NCBI GenBank assembly: GCA_000434295.1 | Contig: HF994934.1 | Coordinates: forward strand, 140,561 to 204,560 | DNA: 64,000 nt | Origin: Acetobacter sp. CAG:977 | Lineage (GTDB): Bacteria; Pseudomonadota; Alphaproteobacteria; CAAGCB01; CAG-977 | Direction: 5' to 3' | Shown: one piece after another, positions 17,840 to 27,668 of the stretch | Numbering within the stretch: position 1 is the stretch's first letter | Layout of the letters: each line of letters begins with the position of its first letter | Program-made: the position numbers and the translations under genes | The notes under the pieces: generated by a model | Databases searched by the model: none | Told to the model about the DNA's origin: nothing | The model's input: the letters and a program-made list of their open reading frames with translations, nothing else

Positions 17840-19719
17840 TGCTTCGACGATTTTATATAGCCCAAAACCGCCGTTACGGCCGCAGGAGTAACTCCTGAAA
17901 TGCGCGATGCCGCTCCTAACGTTTCGGGACGTACTTTGGAAAGCTTCATAACGACTTCGTTCGACAGCCCTCCTATTTTGCGGTAATCGATATTTTTCGG
18001 TATCGCTAAAGCTTCATCCTTTCTGAATGCCCGAATATCCGTTTCCTGACGCTGCAAATAGCCTTTGTATTTCGATTCGATTTCCAATTGTTCGACAACG
18101 TCTTTGCGCGTCCCCGCAAGACCCGGCCAAACCGTCGCCAAATCGTTCCAGCCGATCTCCGCATACGCCAGCAAATCCGCTCCGTTGCGCCGTGCTCCGT
18201 CTTTGTTGACCGAAAATCCCAGCCGTTCCAGTTCCTTGGGCGTTCCGCCGATGCTTTCAAGCTTTTTGCGCACTTCGTTTAATGCCCGTTTCTTTTCCCT
18301 GAACGCTTCCGCACGCTTTTTGCCGACGCAGCCGGCTTCTATGCCTTTGTCCGTCAATCGCATGTCCGCATTGTCAGAACGCAATAACAAACGGTATTCC
18401 GCCCGCGACGTGAACATTCTGTACGGTTCGTCAACCCCTTTCGTCGTCAGATCGTCAATCATTACCCCTAAATACGCATCCGCACGGTCTAACGTAAATT
18501 CACGACCTTTTCCTTCGGCTTTCAACGCCGCATTGACCCCCGCCAATAATCCGAGAGCGCCGGCTTCTTCATAACCCGTCGTCCCGTTCAGCTGTCCCGC
18601 GACAAACAGATTTTCGACCTTTTTCGTTTCAAGCGTGCGTCGCATTTCCAACGGATCGACATAATCATATTCTATGGCGTATCCGGGACGTAAAATACGG
18701 ACGTTCTCCAACCCCGCAATCGTGTGAATAAAAGCATCCTGAACGTCCGCAGGCAAAGACGTCGATATGCCGTTCGGATAAATCGTGTCATCATCCAGTC
18801 CTTCGGGCTCTAAAAAGACATGATGCGATTCCCGTTCGGCAAATTTAACCAGCTTGTCTTCGATACTGGGGCAATAACGCGGACCGACGCCTTTGATTTG
18901 TCCGGAAAAAAGAGGTGCGCGATCCATATTCGCCCGTATGATTTCATGCGTCTTGGCATTCGTTGCCGTTATATGGCACAAAACTTGCGGAACTTCGATT
19001 TTTTCATCCAAAAAAGAAAACGGTTCGATATCTTTGTCGCCTTCCTGTTCCTGAGTTTTTGACCAATCTATCGTCTTGCCGTCCAATCTGGCAGGCGTTC
19101 CCGTCTTAAGACGACCGACCCGCAACCCCAGACGACGCAACGCATCGGACAAATGTTCACAGGACGGGTCTCCGACGCGACCGCCGACCGTACGCGTTTC
19201 CCCGACATGCATCAATCCTTTTAAAAACGTGCCTGCCGTCAAAACAACCGCCTTTGAAAAATACCGATCGCCGTTGCCCGTAATAACTCCCGTTACGCAA
19301 GGCGTACCGTCCTTTTCTTCGGAAATCAAATCTTCAACGCCGCCTTCGATAACGGTCAAATTCGGATAGTTCAGCAGCTCATTTTGCATCGCCTGACGAT
19401 AAAGCTTTCTGTCTGCCTGAGTCCGCAATCCCTGAACGGCAGGGCCTTTTGAACGGTTCAACATTCTGAATTGAATGCCTGCTTTGTCGGCAATGCGTCC
19501 CATCAGACCGTCCAAAGCGTCTATTTCCCTGACCAAATGCCCTTTTCCCAATCCGCCGATCGCAGGATTGCACGACATTTCCCCGATTGTCGAAATCTTG
19601 TGGGTCAGCAAAAGCGTTTTTGCTCCCGTTCTGGCAGATGCGGCCGCCGCTTCGCAACCCGCATGACCGCCGCCGACAACTATGACATCGTATTCGTTCG
19701 CCATCATTTTCCTATGCAA
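17836..19719 (-). CDS. mnmG: tRNA uridine 5-carboxymethylaminomethyl modification enzyme MnmG (GidA)
   Basis: FAD motif 'VIVVGGGHAGCEAA', MnmG family length and motifs. Confidence 0.95.
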   Translation of the reverse strand: MHRKMMANEYDVIVVGGGHAGCEAAAASARTGAKTLLLTHKISTIGEMSCNPAIGGLGKGHLVREIDALDGLMGRIADKAGIQFRMLNRSKGPAVQGLRTQADRKLYRQAMQNELLNYPNLTVIEGGVEDLISEEKDGTPCVTGVITGNGDRYFSKAVVLTAGTFLKGLMHVGETRTVGGRVGDPSCEHLSDALRRLGLRVGRLKTGTPARLDGKTIDWSKTQEQEGDKDIEPFSFLDEKIEVPQVLCHITATNAKTHEIIRANMDRAPLFSGQIKGVGPRYCPSIEDKLVKFAERESHHVFLEPEGLDDDTIYPNGISTSLPADVQDAFIHTIAGLENVRILRPGYAIEYDYVDPLEMRRTLETKKVENLFVAGQLNGTTGYEEAGALGLLAGVNAALKAEGKGREFTLDRADAYLGVMIDDLTTKGVDEPYRMFTSRAEYRLLLRSDNADMRLTDKGIEAGCVGKKRAEAFREKKRALNEVRKKLESIGGTPKELERLGFSVNKDGARRNGADLLAYAEIGWNDLATVWPGLAGTRKDVVEQLEIESKYKGYLQRQETDIRAFRKDEALAIPKNIDYRKIGGLSNEVVMKLSKVRPETLGAASRISGVTPAAVTAVLGYIKSSKQ

Positions 19720-21059
19720 AAATCTTTAAAAATAACGTCCAACAGTTCTTCCACGCCGACTTGCCCCGTTATTTTGCCCAAAGAACGCATCGCCATACGC
19801 AAATCTTCCGCCATCAGCTCGGTTTGCGGAGCCTTTAGAGAATCTTCCAAAGATTTGACGCATTCTTCCAAAGACGATCTGTGCCGCAATCGCGTTAAAG
19901 ACGGTTCTTCTTTAAGTCCTACGGTATCTTCCACCCGTTTTGACAGATATTCCAGCAATTCCGCAATACCGTTTCCCGTTTTGGCGGAAATGGCAAAGCC
20001 TTGAGACGAAGTTATCGGGGAAATATCCGTTTTATTAAATATCTTCAAGACCTTGGCTGAATTTTGGAGTTCTTTTTCCTGTCCTTTGGCTTCAAAAGAC
20101 GGCGCGGAGGCATCAATGACCTGCAAAACCAGATCGGCTTCTTCGGCTTTAGCCAGTGCGCGGCGGATGCCTTCGGCTTCGATTTCTTCGTCGGTTTCCC
20201 TGAGCCCTGCCGTATCGGCGATGATAACGGGGTATCCGTTCAAATCGAGTTTGACTTCGATAACGTCACGGGTTGTTCCCGCCGTTGAAGAAACGATTGC
20301 AACGTCTTTTTTAGCTAATTTATTCATCAGGCTGGACTTTCCGGCGTTCGGAGCGCCGACGATAGCGATCAGGTAGCCTTCGCGCAAGCGTTCTCCGCGT
20401 CGGGAATCGTCCAAATGTTGCTTTATTTCGTTTTCGATATTAATGATTTTTTTTCGTATCGATTCCGAAACGTCATCGGGAATTTCTTCTTCCGGAAAGT
20501 CAATATACGCTTCTTCCCAAGCCAGCAGGTGTTTAAGTTCTTCGCGCCATTTTTCATAAATCTCTGCCAAAGCGCCGCCCATTTGACGCAATGCCTGACG
20601 CCTTTGTTGTTCGGTTTCCGCATCAACCAAATCAGCCAGACCTTCCGCGGACGTTAAATCCATCTTGCCGTTTTCCACCGCGCGGCGGGTAAATTCTCCG
20701 CGTTCCGCAGGTCTCAGCCCTTCCAGCTTTGCCAGTTGTCCCAAAACAGCCGACATAACCGCCCTGCCGCCGTGAGTCTGAAGCTCGACAACGTCTTCGC
20801 CCGTAAAGCTTGAAGGATTCGGAAAACACAAAACGATGCCTTCGTCTATCGGCGTGCCGTCCAATGTTTTTATTTCGCTGTGATACGCATAACGCGGCTT
20901 CGGATTTTTTATTCCGCACATCAGTTCGGGAACCGTATAAGCCTTTGGTCCCGAAATGCGTATCACCGATACTCCGGCTCTGCCGGATGCCGTCGCCGGC
21001 GCAAAAATCGTCCCGTCCATCTTGACGCCTTCTTTAAAAAATTTCCCCTGTCTTATCAC
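19704..21059 (-). CDS. mnmE: tRNA modification GTPase MnmE (TrmE/ThdF)
   Basis: G-domain 'GAPNAGKSSL', 'DTAG', C-terminal 'CIGK'. Confidence 0.95.
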   Translation of the reverse strand: MIRQGKFFKEGVKMDGTIFAPATASGRAGVSVIRISGPKAYTVPELMCGIKNPKPRYAYHSEIKTLDGTPIDEGIVLCFPNPSSFTGEDVVELQTHGGRAVMSAVLGQLAKLEGLRPAERGEFTRRAVENGKMDLTSAEGLADLVDAETEQQRRQALRQMGGALAEIYEKWREELKHLLAWEEAYIDFPEEEIPDDVSESIRKKIINIENEIKQHLDDSRRGERLREGYLIAIVGAPNAGKSSLMNKLAKKDVAIVSSTAGTTRDVIEVKLDLNGYPVIIADTAGLRETDEEIEAEGIRRALAKAEEADLVLQVIDASAPSFEAKGQEKELQNSAKVLKIFNKTDISPITSSQGFAISAKTGNGIAELLEYLSKRVEDTVGLKEEPSLTRLRHRSSLEECVKSLEDSLKAPQTELMAEDLRMAMRSLGKITGQVGVEELLDVIFKDFCIGK

Positions 21060-21089
21060 GAATCAGGGGCGTTGAAAAAAGAAAAAAAA

Positions 21090-21105
21090 TGTTTCACGTG
21101 AAACT
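21090..21105. other. parS: parS centromere-like site, 15/16 match (TGTTTCACGTGAAACT)
   Basis: Matches the universal ParB-binding palindrome TGTTNCACGTGAAACA. Located between the mnmE start and the smr stop. Confidence 0.7.
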
Positions 21106-21109
21106 TTTT

Positions 21110-21631
21110 TCAACAACGGCGGCGCTTGAGCAAAACGTAAAACGCTCCTTCGCCTCCGTCCTTCGGCTTTGCATTCACGTACGACAAAATTAAACTGCGA
21201 ATCTCGGCATCATTCATCCATACGGGAAATTCCGTGCGCAAAACTCCGCGACCCTCAAGTCCGCCTTTGCCCGTTATCAACAATAAACAACGCGATCCCT
21301 TCATCGAATGATGCCGTATGAAGTTAAATAAAGCTTCCCGCGCCTTGTCCAAAGTATAACCGTGCAAATCAAGACGCCCTTCTATCGGCATTTCACCGTT
21401 TTTGAATTTTTGCGCCGTACTCTTGTCCATTGAACGGACGTCGCCCGCCTTTAATTCGTTGCGAACCGTTAAATCCAAATCAACATCATGAACGCAATGT
21501 ATGGCTTTGACCGTCAGCTTCTTCCTTAATGAAACATATTTCGCTTTATAAGCCGAAGGAGATTTCTTTGACGACAGCGGCTTGACCGTATCGGATACCG
21601 CTTTCCAAAGCTCTAAATCCTCTTCATTCAT
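21110..21631 (-). CDS. smr: Smr (small MutS-related) domain protein
   Basis: C-terminal Smr domain 'LDLHGYTLDKAREAL...LLITGKG'. Confidence 0.8.
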   Translation of the reverse strand: MNEEDLELWKAVSDTVKPLSSKKSPSAYKAKYVSLRKKLTVKAIHCVHDVDLDLTVRNELKAGDVRSMDKSTAQKFKNGEMPIEGRLDLHGYTLDKAREALFNFIRHHSMKGSRCLLLITGKGGLEGRGVLRTEFPVWMNDAEIRSLILSYVNAKPKDGGEGAFYVLLKRRRC

Positions 21632-22115
21632 CCTTTTCCTCTTCGGCTTCGTCCGCCGGTATCAAATCCGAAAAATACGTCTTGGTAAACGAACGCCAGT
21701 CTCCCCACGGCGCAACGCAATAATAACTTGAATCCGCACCCAAAACCAAAACTATGCCGCCGTAATGCCACGCAACCAAAAACTTTTCTATCCGCGGAAC
21801 TATCCTCTTAATAACCCGATTCTTCATTACGGGTTCCATTAAATACGGAAAAAGCATCGCATAAATTAACGAAAATACCGTCAAAATAATCGTGCCCATA
21901 ACCAACGTGTCTATTACCATGACCGTCAAAGACAGTAAAAGCATCGCCAATAACGGCAAAATGTTTTCCCACGGATTGAAAAACGGTGATCCGCGACGGT
22001 TTAATCGCTTGAAGCTGATCTTTATAAAGGCTTTGTTCTGTACCAACGCTTTCTGAAGACCCTGAAAAATCAGTCTGTCTTCCCGCGTCGGAGCTTCAAG
22101 AGGCGGCTTGATCAT
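21624..22115 (-). CDS. Small membrane protein overlapping both mltA and smr
   Basis: 163 aa; two hydrophobic helices plus an acidic C-terminus; 8-bp and 20-bp overlaps with neighbours imply an operon. Confidence 0.5.
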   Translation of the reverse strand: MIKPPLEAPTREDRLIFQGLQKALVQNKAFIKISFKRLNRRGSPFFNPWENILPLLAMLLLSLTVMVIDTLVMGTIILTVFSLIYAMLFPYLMEPVMKNRVIKRIVPRIEKFLVAWHYGGIVLVLGADSSYYCVAPWGDWRSFTKTYFSDLIPADEAEEEKDE

Positions 22116-23298
22116 CTGTTATTATCCCTTCCTGCTTTAAGCTTGCTATGCCGGCTTTCGGAACCAACATGTAATATATCCCTTCTGAACGCATGCGTCC
22201 CGCTTCCTGTAACGCACGTTCGCCGCTGCCCCAGAAAAAGTCCCCGCGAACCGCTCCCTTAATCGCGCTGCCCGTATCCTGAGCCGACATCAGCCTGTTC
22301 AGTTCGCCTTCGTTCCCAGGTCCCTTCGCTTCCAACCATAATATGCTGCCCAGCGATATGTACGTCGGATCTACCGCCAAAGAACGCTTCGGCGTCAACG
22401 GTACGCCCAATGACCCGATAATCCCCTGATCCTTTAAACGCTTGAAAAATATAAATCGGGGATTTTCATGCATTAACCGTTCGGCTTCTGACGGATTGGC
22501 TTTTAACCACGTCTTGATTTCGGACATCGTGTAGACGCCTTTTTTCAGCAAGCCTTCGCGTGCCATTACCGCACCGATTCCTACAAATTTATGCCCGTTG
22601 TTCCCCGCATAACCTATCGATATTTCATGACCCGACGGCAAACGTAAACGTCCGGATCCCTGAATCTGCAAAATAAACGCATCTACGGGATGTTCCACCC
22701 ATGCCACCGCTTTTGCCGGAAAAGGAGACTTGCCCGTTTCTATTTCTTTGCGCGTCAGGTACGGTTTGATTTCTTTGCCGTCCTTTCTGCCGAATAAAAC
22801 GTCTCCTTTTAATTTCGGATCAAATTTTCCCAAGTCAATCCGAACAATGTCTTCGGGAATCCCCCATAACGGCGTTGAAAATTTCTTCGTCTTCTTTAAA
22901 GACCCTGCCATCACAGGTTCGTAATACCCCGTAAATAAACCTGTTTGACCGCCGTTAACCGAAAACGGACGAACATGGCTTTCCAAAAACTTCCTGAGAT
23001 CAGATGCCGTTTTAAACCGCGCTTTGCTTAAATCCGAACAAAAATCAAGCCATTGATCTTTTTGTTTCAAAACCTTGCAGGAATTCCTTAACGCGGGAAG
23101 AGCCTGCAACATATCATCTTTGTCCCAGCCCTTTAAATCTTTAAAAGAAGCCGACGTCAGAAAAAAACGGCGCTTAAGCGGCACCTTGTCTTCCGAAGGC
23201 AATATCTCGTACGGCTGACGATACGGCTTTTCGGAAAAAAACAACCCTGCCGCAGACAATGCAAGTCCGGCAATAAAAAATAACCCGCCTTTTCGCAT
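22096..23298 (-). CDS. mltA: Membrane-bound lytic murein transglycosylase A
   Basis: MltA-specific and 3D domain signatures; lipoprotein-like N-terminus. Confidence 0.85.
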   Translation of the reverse strand: MRKGGLFFIAGLALSAAGLFFSEKPYRQPYEILPSEDKVPLKRRFFLTSASFKDLKGWDKDDMLQALPALRNSCKVLKQKDQWLDFCSDLSKARFKTASDLRKFLESHVRPFSVNGGQTGLFTGYYEPVMAGSLKKTKKFSTPLWGIPEDIVRIDLGKFDPKLKGDVLFGRKDGKEIKPYLTRKEIETGKSPFPAKAVAWVEHPVDAFILQIQGSGRLRLPSGHEISIGYAGNNGHKFVGIGAVMAREGLLKKGVYTMSEIKTWLKANPSEAERLMHENPRFIFFKRLKDQGIIGSLGVPLTPKRSLAVDPTYISLGSILWLEAKGPGNEGELNRLMSAQDTGSAIKGAVRGDFFWGSGERALQEAGRMRSEGIYYMLVPKAGIASLKQEGIITDDQAAS

Positions 23299-23302
23299 AA
23301 AT

Positions 23303-23992
23303 TTATGCCTTTGCCCGCGTCGCCGCCAAAATCCAAACAGGAGTCGAGGTTTTCATATCTTTGCGCAATGTCCAGATATCCGTTACCGTTTCAATATACG
23401 TCGGATCACCGATAATCGTTTTGCCTTCCGAATCTTTGACCAAATTCGTTTGTTCCGTTTCAAATTCAACGGTCAGTTCAACAAAATCTCCGATTATTTC
23501 GGCTTTTAACAAACGTATCTTCTTAAAGCCTATCAGGCTGAATTCCGCCGTTTGACCTTTTTGAATTCTTTCATCAATGACTTTTTCAAACTTTTTATAC
23601 AAATCCGCACTGAGAAGAGGTTTCAAGTCTTCTTTGTTCCCTGCGGCAAAAGCCTGAGCTATGTATTCAAACGCTTTAGGCGCTTTTTGCATAAAATCCG
23701 GCAAATTAAACGTCGGAAACGTTTCTTTTATTTTCCTTAGGCTTTGAATAACTTCGGGTGTGTTATCCGTTTTTTCAAAATTATCGGCTTCCGTCGCATC
23801 GGAAACGTTCTCTACCGTTCTGTATTCTGAAATATCGACAATCTTTGAAGTTTCCCTGTCATTATCAACCGAATTGCGGTTTTTTTCTTCGGACGCGGGG
23901 CGCGTGCCCAATACGCTGCGCAACCGCAAAACCAACAACAATACGATAACCGCTAAAAATACAAGATCCAAAAATTGGGGTTCCTGAGACAT
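23303..23992 (-). CDS. Tim44-like domain protein
   Basis: N-terminal TM helix plus C-terminal Tim44-like domain; conserved tim44-mltA-smr neighbourhood in alphaproteobacteria. Confidence 0.75.
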   Translation of the reverse strand: MSQEPQFLDLVFLAVIVLLLVLRLRSVLGTRPASEEKNRNSVDNDRETSKIVDISEYRTVENVSDATEADNFEKTDNTPEVIQSLRKIKETFPTFNLPDFMQKAPKAFEYIAQAFAAGNKEDLKPLLSADLYKKFEKVIDERIQKGQTAEFSLIGFKKIRLLKAEIIGDFVELTVEFETEQTNLVKDSEGKTIIGDPTYIETVTDIWTLRKDMKTSTPVWILAATRAKA

Positions 23993-24068
23993 TATTTGTT
24001 GCCTTCCTTATTTCTTTCCGTTTCCTTTTGGGATACAGTATAGCAAATTTTTAAATCAGGAGAAGAGT

Positions 24069-24551
24069 ATGAACGAAAATAACACCGAAAACAATCAACA
24101 GCTTGCCCCTGTCGTCATTAATGCGCAGTACGTCAGAGACATTTCTTTTGAAGCTCCTCATGTTCCCCAGATTTTCACGGAATTAAAGTCTTCTCCGGAA
24201 ATCGCGGTAAATGTTGACGTCCAAGCCGCAAAAATGCAAGACAACGTTTTCGAAGTTACTTTGAAAATCAAAACGGAAGCAAAAGTCGAAACGAAAACGG
24301 CTTTTCTGTGCGAAGTCGAATACGGATGCATCGCGGGAGTCAACGTTCCCGCCGAACACGTCGAACCGATTTTGTTAATCGAAATTCCGCGTTTATTGTT
24401 CCCGTTTGCCAGAAACATTATTGCAGATTTAACCCGCGAAAGCGGTTTCCCCCCGCTGATGATTAACCCGATCGATTTTGTCGGTTTGTACCATCAGCGT
24501 TTGGCAGAAATGCAAAAACAAAAAGAAGCCGAAAACAAAACCGTCAATTAA
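24069..24551 (+). CDS. secB: Protein-export chaperone SecB
   Basis: 160 aa, SecB family sequence. Confidence 0.9.
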   Translation: MNENNTENNQQLAPVVINAQYVRDISFEAPHVPQIFTELKSSPEIAVNVDVQAAKMQDNVFEVTLKIKTEAKVETKTAFLCEVEYGCIAGVNVPAEHVEPILLIEIPRLLFPFARNIIADLTRESGFPPLMINPIDFVGLYHQRLAEMQKQKEAENKTVN

Positions 24552-25237
24552 TTCAGCCACATCGGATTTTTTAACGTTTTTAAAAAAGCCTCATGGTTTG
24601 CCGCTTCTTCGGGTAAAATAATTCCTTCGCGCGGCGGACGCTGAGGCTTTTTTTGTACCGTTTCCGTTTCGGTTTTTATTTCCAAAACTCCTGCTTTTTT
24701 AACCGTTCCCAAAATCAATCCAGGTTCGCGACCGCCCAAAAGTTCCAAATAAACTTCCGCCAAAAGCTCGGCATCCAACAAAGCTCCGTGCTTGGTTCGT
24801 TTTGAATTGTCTATGTTAAAACGACGGCAAAGCTCGTTCAGATTCACTCTTGAACCCGGAAAAAGCTTTCTGGCAATCAAAAGCGTATCTATTGCCTGCG
24901 TTTCGGGTATCGTCCCGAATTTCGCCCAAGACAGTTCCGCATTGATAAACTTCATATCAAACACGGCGTTATGGATTACCAGCTTAGAATCTGCGATAAA
25001 ATCCAAAAATTCTTGCGCAATGTCTTTAAAAACAGGCTTATCCTGCAAAAATTCCGTCGTTATGCCGTGAACTTTTACCACTTCTTCCGGAACGTCGCGT
25101 TCGGGATTGATAAATTGATGGTACGTTCTGCCCGTCGCTATGTGGTTTTCAAGCTCTACGCACCCGATTTCTATCAGACGATCCCCCGCATACGGATCCA
25201 ATCCCGTTGTTTCAGTATCTAAAACTATTTCCCGCAT
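24548..25237 (-). CDS. dnaQ: DNA polymerase III epsilon subunit (3'-5' exonuclease)
   Basis: Exo I '[11 protein letters not shown]', Exo II/III motifs. Confidence 0.9.
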   Translation of the reverse strand: MREIVLDTETTGLDPYAGDRLIEIGCVELENHIATGRTYHQFINPERDVPEEVVKVHGITTEFLQDKPVFKDIAQEFLDFIADSKLVIHNAVFDMKFINAELSWAKFGTIPETQAIDTLLIARKLFPGSRVNLNELCRRFNIDNSKRTKHGALLDAELLAEVYLELLGGREPGLILGTVKKAGVLEIKTETETVQKKPQRPPREGIILPEEAANHEAFLKTLKNPMWLN

Positions 25238-25821
25238 AACAGTTCATCCCTGATTTTTTCCAGTTCTGCACGCACAAAATCAAATCCTTTGGAAGAATCT
25301 ACCCTAAAATCCGCCCGTTTGCACTTTTCTTGCTGCGACAGCTGGCGCGTTGTTAGTAAAGCGTATTTTTCTTCGTTCATTCCAGGACGCGACATAACCC
25401 TTTGTTTTAAAATTTCCTCGGGCGCTTCCATAACGATGACTTTATCGCAATATGAATCCCAGCCCGATTCATACAATAACGGCACGTCCAATATTAACAA
25501 AGGTTCATAAGAATGGCGTTCAAAAAATTTTTGAAGCTCTTCCAAAGCAAACGGCCAAAGCATTTGTTCCAATTCGCGAACATCCAACTCTTTGTTTCTT
25601 ATTTTATCGGACAAAACCGAACGGCTGATTTCTCCGTCAACAACGCTGCCTTTGATGCGGCGATCAAAATATTCCTTTGCCCGAACGTTGTCCCGCATAA
25701 TTCTGTGAACGGCCGAATCAGCATCAAAAACAGGCAGAACCATTTCCCGAAACATACCTGCCGCCGTCGTTTTTCCGGAACCTATGTTTCCCGTTAAACC
25801 AAGAACTATCTTTTTTCTCAC
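25225..25821 (-). CDS. coaE: Dephospho-CoA kinase
   Basis: P-loop '[12 protein letters not shown]'. Confidence 0.9.
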   Translation of the reverse strand: MRKKIVLGLTGNIGSGKTTAAGMFREMVLPVFDADSAVHRIMRDNVRAKEYFDRRIKGSVVDGEISRSVLSDKIRNKELDVRELEQMLWPFALEELQKFFERHSYEPLLILDVPLLYESGWDSYCDKVIVMEAPEEILKQRVMSRPGMNEEKYALLTTRQLSQQEKCKRADFRVDSSKGFDFVRAELEKIRDELLCGK

Positions 25822-26660
25822 TTTGATACTATCCTTCTCAGTTCATCGGTAACATCCGGATAAAATCCGAACCACAGTTTAAAAGCGCCCGCCGCCTGAT
25901 GCAAAAGCATGCCCAAACCGTCTGCCGTCTTAAATCCTTTTTCCCGAGCCTGCTTCAACAATTTTGTTTCCAAAGGAACATAAACCGCATCGGCAACAGC
26001 AGCCGCAGTATTCAAAGAATCCAAACTGATATCCAAACCGTCAAATCCGTCCATTCCCAAAGTCGTCGCATTTACCAGCAAATCGGCACCTGTTAAAGCT
26101 TTTTCCCGATTTATCCATTCGTAAATTACAAAATTTCCGCCGACATCGCGAACCAAAGCTTCGCCTTTTTCCTTTGAACGGCAAACTAAACGGATTTCTT
26201 TGCATCCTTCTTTGCTTAGTGCCGCACATATGCCGCGCGAAGCTCCTCCGCTGCCCAAAACAACCGCCGTTTTGCCTGTAAAATCAAAATCAGGGCAACT
26301 TTCTTTGACGTTTGCGACAAATCCGAATCCGTCCGTATTGTCCCCAAACAGGGTTTTATCGTTGCGAATGACAACAGTATTAACGGCTCCGGCTTTTTTA
26401 GCCGTGTCGGAAATTTCATCAAGAAGGTTAAAAACACTGACTTTGTGCGGAACGGTAACGTTAAACCCGCAAAAACCTTCCGATACCATTTTTTGAACCG
26501 CAAGCTGCAGATTTTCCGCAGAAACTTCAACAGTTTCGTATAAACCGTCAATCTTATATTTTTCCATCCAGTAATTATGAATTAACGGAGATTTTGAATG
26601 TTTTACGGGAAAACCGATAACGGCGGCTCGTTTTTGCGTCATTTTTTCAATTCTCCGCAA
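25818..26660 (-). CDS. aroE: Shikimate 5-dehydrogenase
   Basis: 'VIGFPVKHSKSP' substrate motif, Rossmann 'VLGSGGASRG'. Confidence 0.9.
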   Translation of the reverse strand: MRRIEKMTQKRAAVIGFPVKHSKSPLIHNYWMEKYKIDGLYETVEVSAENLQLAVQKMVSEGFCGFNVTVPHKVSVFNLLDEISDTAKKAGAVNTVVIRNDKTLFGDNTDGFGFVANVKESCPDFDFTGKTAVVLGSGGASRGICAALSKEGCKEIRLVCRSKEKGEALVRDVGGNFVIYEWINREKALTGADLLVNATTLGMDGFDGLDISLDSLNTAAAVADAVYVPLETKLLKQAREKGFKTADGLGMLLHQAAGAFKLWFGFYPDVTDELRRIVSK

Positions 26661-27238
26661 GACCTCAAAAACTCAAACAAAGGCAATATCGGCAATCCCA
26701 ATACCGAAAAATAATCCCCTTCGACGCGTTCAACCAGCTGAGCTCCCAACTCTTCCAGATAATATGCTCCGACCGAAGAACAAATCCCGTCGCCCGCCGT
26801 TCTGAGATAATAATCCAAAAATTCGTCCGAAAAATTTCTGAGAACAACCTTAACCGCCGTATTTGTCGACCAAACCGTCTTGCCCGCTTTGGCAACGGCA
26901 ACCCCGTTAATCAAAGAATGAGTCTTGCCGCGCAATGCGCATAACTGTGCCGCTGCTTCCGACATATTGGCAGGCTTTGAAAAATGCTTGCCGTCAAGTT
27001 CCAATATTTGATCCGCTCCGATCACAAAAGCGTCTTGGTATTTTTCCGATACGGTTTCGGCTTTTATTTCGGCAAGCTTTAGTGCCGCTTTATAACCGTC
27101 AGGTTCCGCCCGCTTGATTTCATCTTCGTCAATGTCGGCGGGAACAGCCGAAAATTCAACACCTGCCGCTTTTAACAAACGTTGCCTGCTTTTGCTTTGA
27201 GACGCTAAAATCAACATATGTCGCTCCTCCCTGTGCAT
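26639..27238 (-). CDS. maf: Maf-like nucleoside triphosphate pyrophosphatase (septum formation protein)
   Basis: 'LILASQSKSRQRLL' Maf N-terminal motif. The true start may be the Met at ~27217. Confidence 0.85.
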   Translation of the reverse strand: MHREERHMLILASQSKSRQRLLKAAGVEFSAVPADIDEDEIKRAEPDGYKAALKLAEIKAETVSEKYQDAFVIGADQILELDGKHFSKPANMSEAAAQLCALRGKTHSLINGVAVAKAGKTVWSTNTAVKVVLRNFSDEFLDYYLRTAGDGICSSVGAYYLEELGAQLVERVEGDYFSVLGLPILPLFEFLRSCGELKK

Positions 27239-27668
27239 AACTCGGATAAGTCTGATAACTTTTGTTATTTTTCTGTTTTATCCCCTTTGTTAAATTCTGT
27301 CCCGCTTTTTATTCCGACGTTGATAAAAAAATTCGAAAATGTTGAAAAAGACTCATAACAAAGTTATCCGCGCTATTAACACCCGATACAGACTCGGCAA
27401 TCCGTTTCAGAGTCGCACGTTTTTATTCCGTATGCCGTCCACAATGCTTAAACATCCTGAATTTGTTGTGGAAAGCCTGTGCATAAAATTGCGTCCCAGT
27501 TATCCACAGTCTCATATTCAAACATCATCTTTTTTTATATATATTTATTTGATGATAAGAAAATCGTTGACGCCGGATTTAAAATTCAGCAAATATAAAA
27601 ACCTCTTCTAAAACGAACGGTTTTTTTCAAGACCGCTTATCTCTCACCTACATCTTAATCAGGCTTAT
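27239..27668. other. oriC: Candidate chromosomal replication origin (oriC) / rho leader
   Basis: Perfect DnaA box TTATCCACA (27500-27508); degenerate boxes at 27364-27372, 27437-27444 and 27467-27475; AT-rich tract 27527-27600. Occupies the position of hemE/hemH-Cori in Caulobacter/Sinorhizobium synteny. Confidence 0.5.
27500..27508 (+). promoter_or_regulatory. Consensus DnaA box TTATCCACA
   Basis: Exact 9-mer; the only copy I found by eye in the window. Confidence 0.6.

Noticed and set aside
27339-27611. 90-aa ORF inside the maf-rho intergenic region
   Set aside because: It lies entirely within the AT-rich candidate ori/leader region, has no RBS and odd composition; most likely non-coding.
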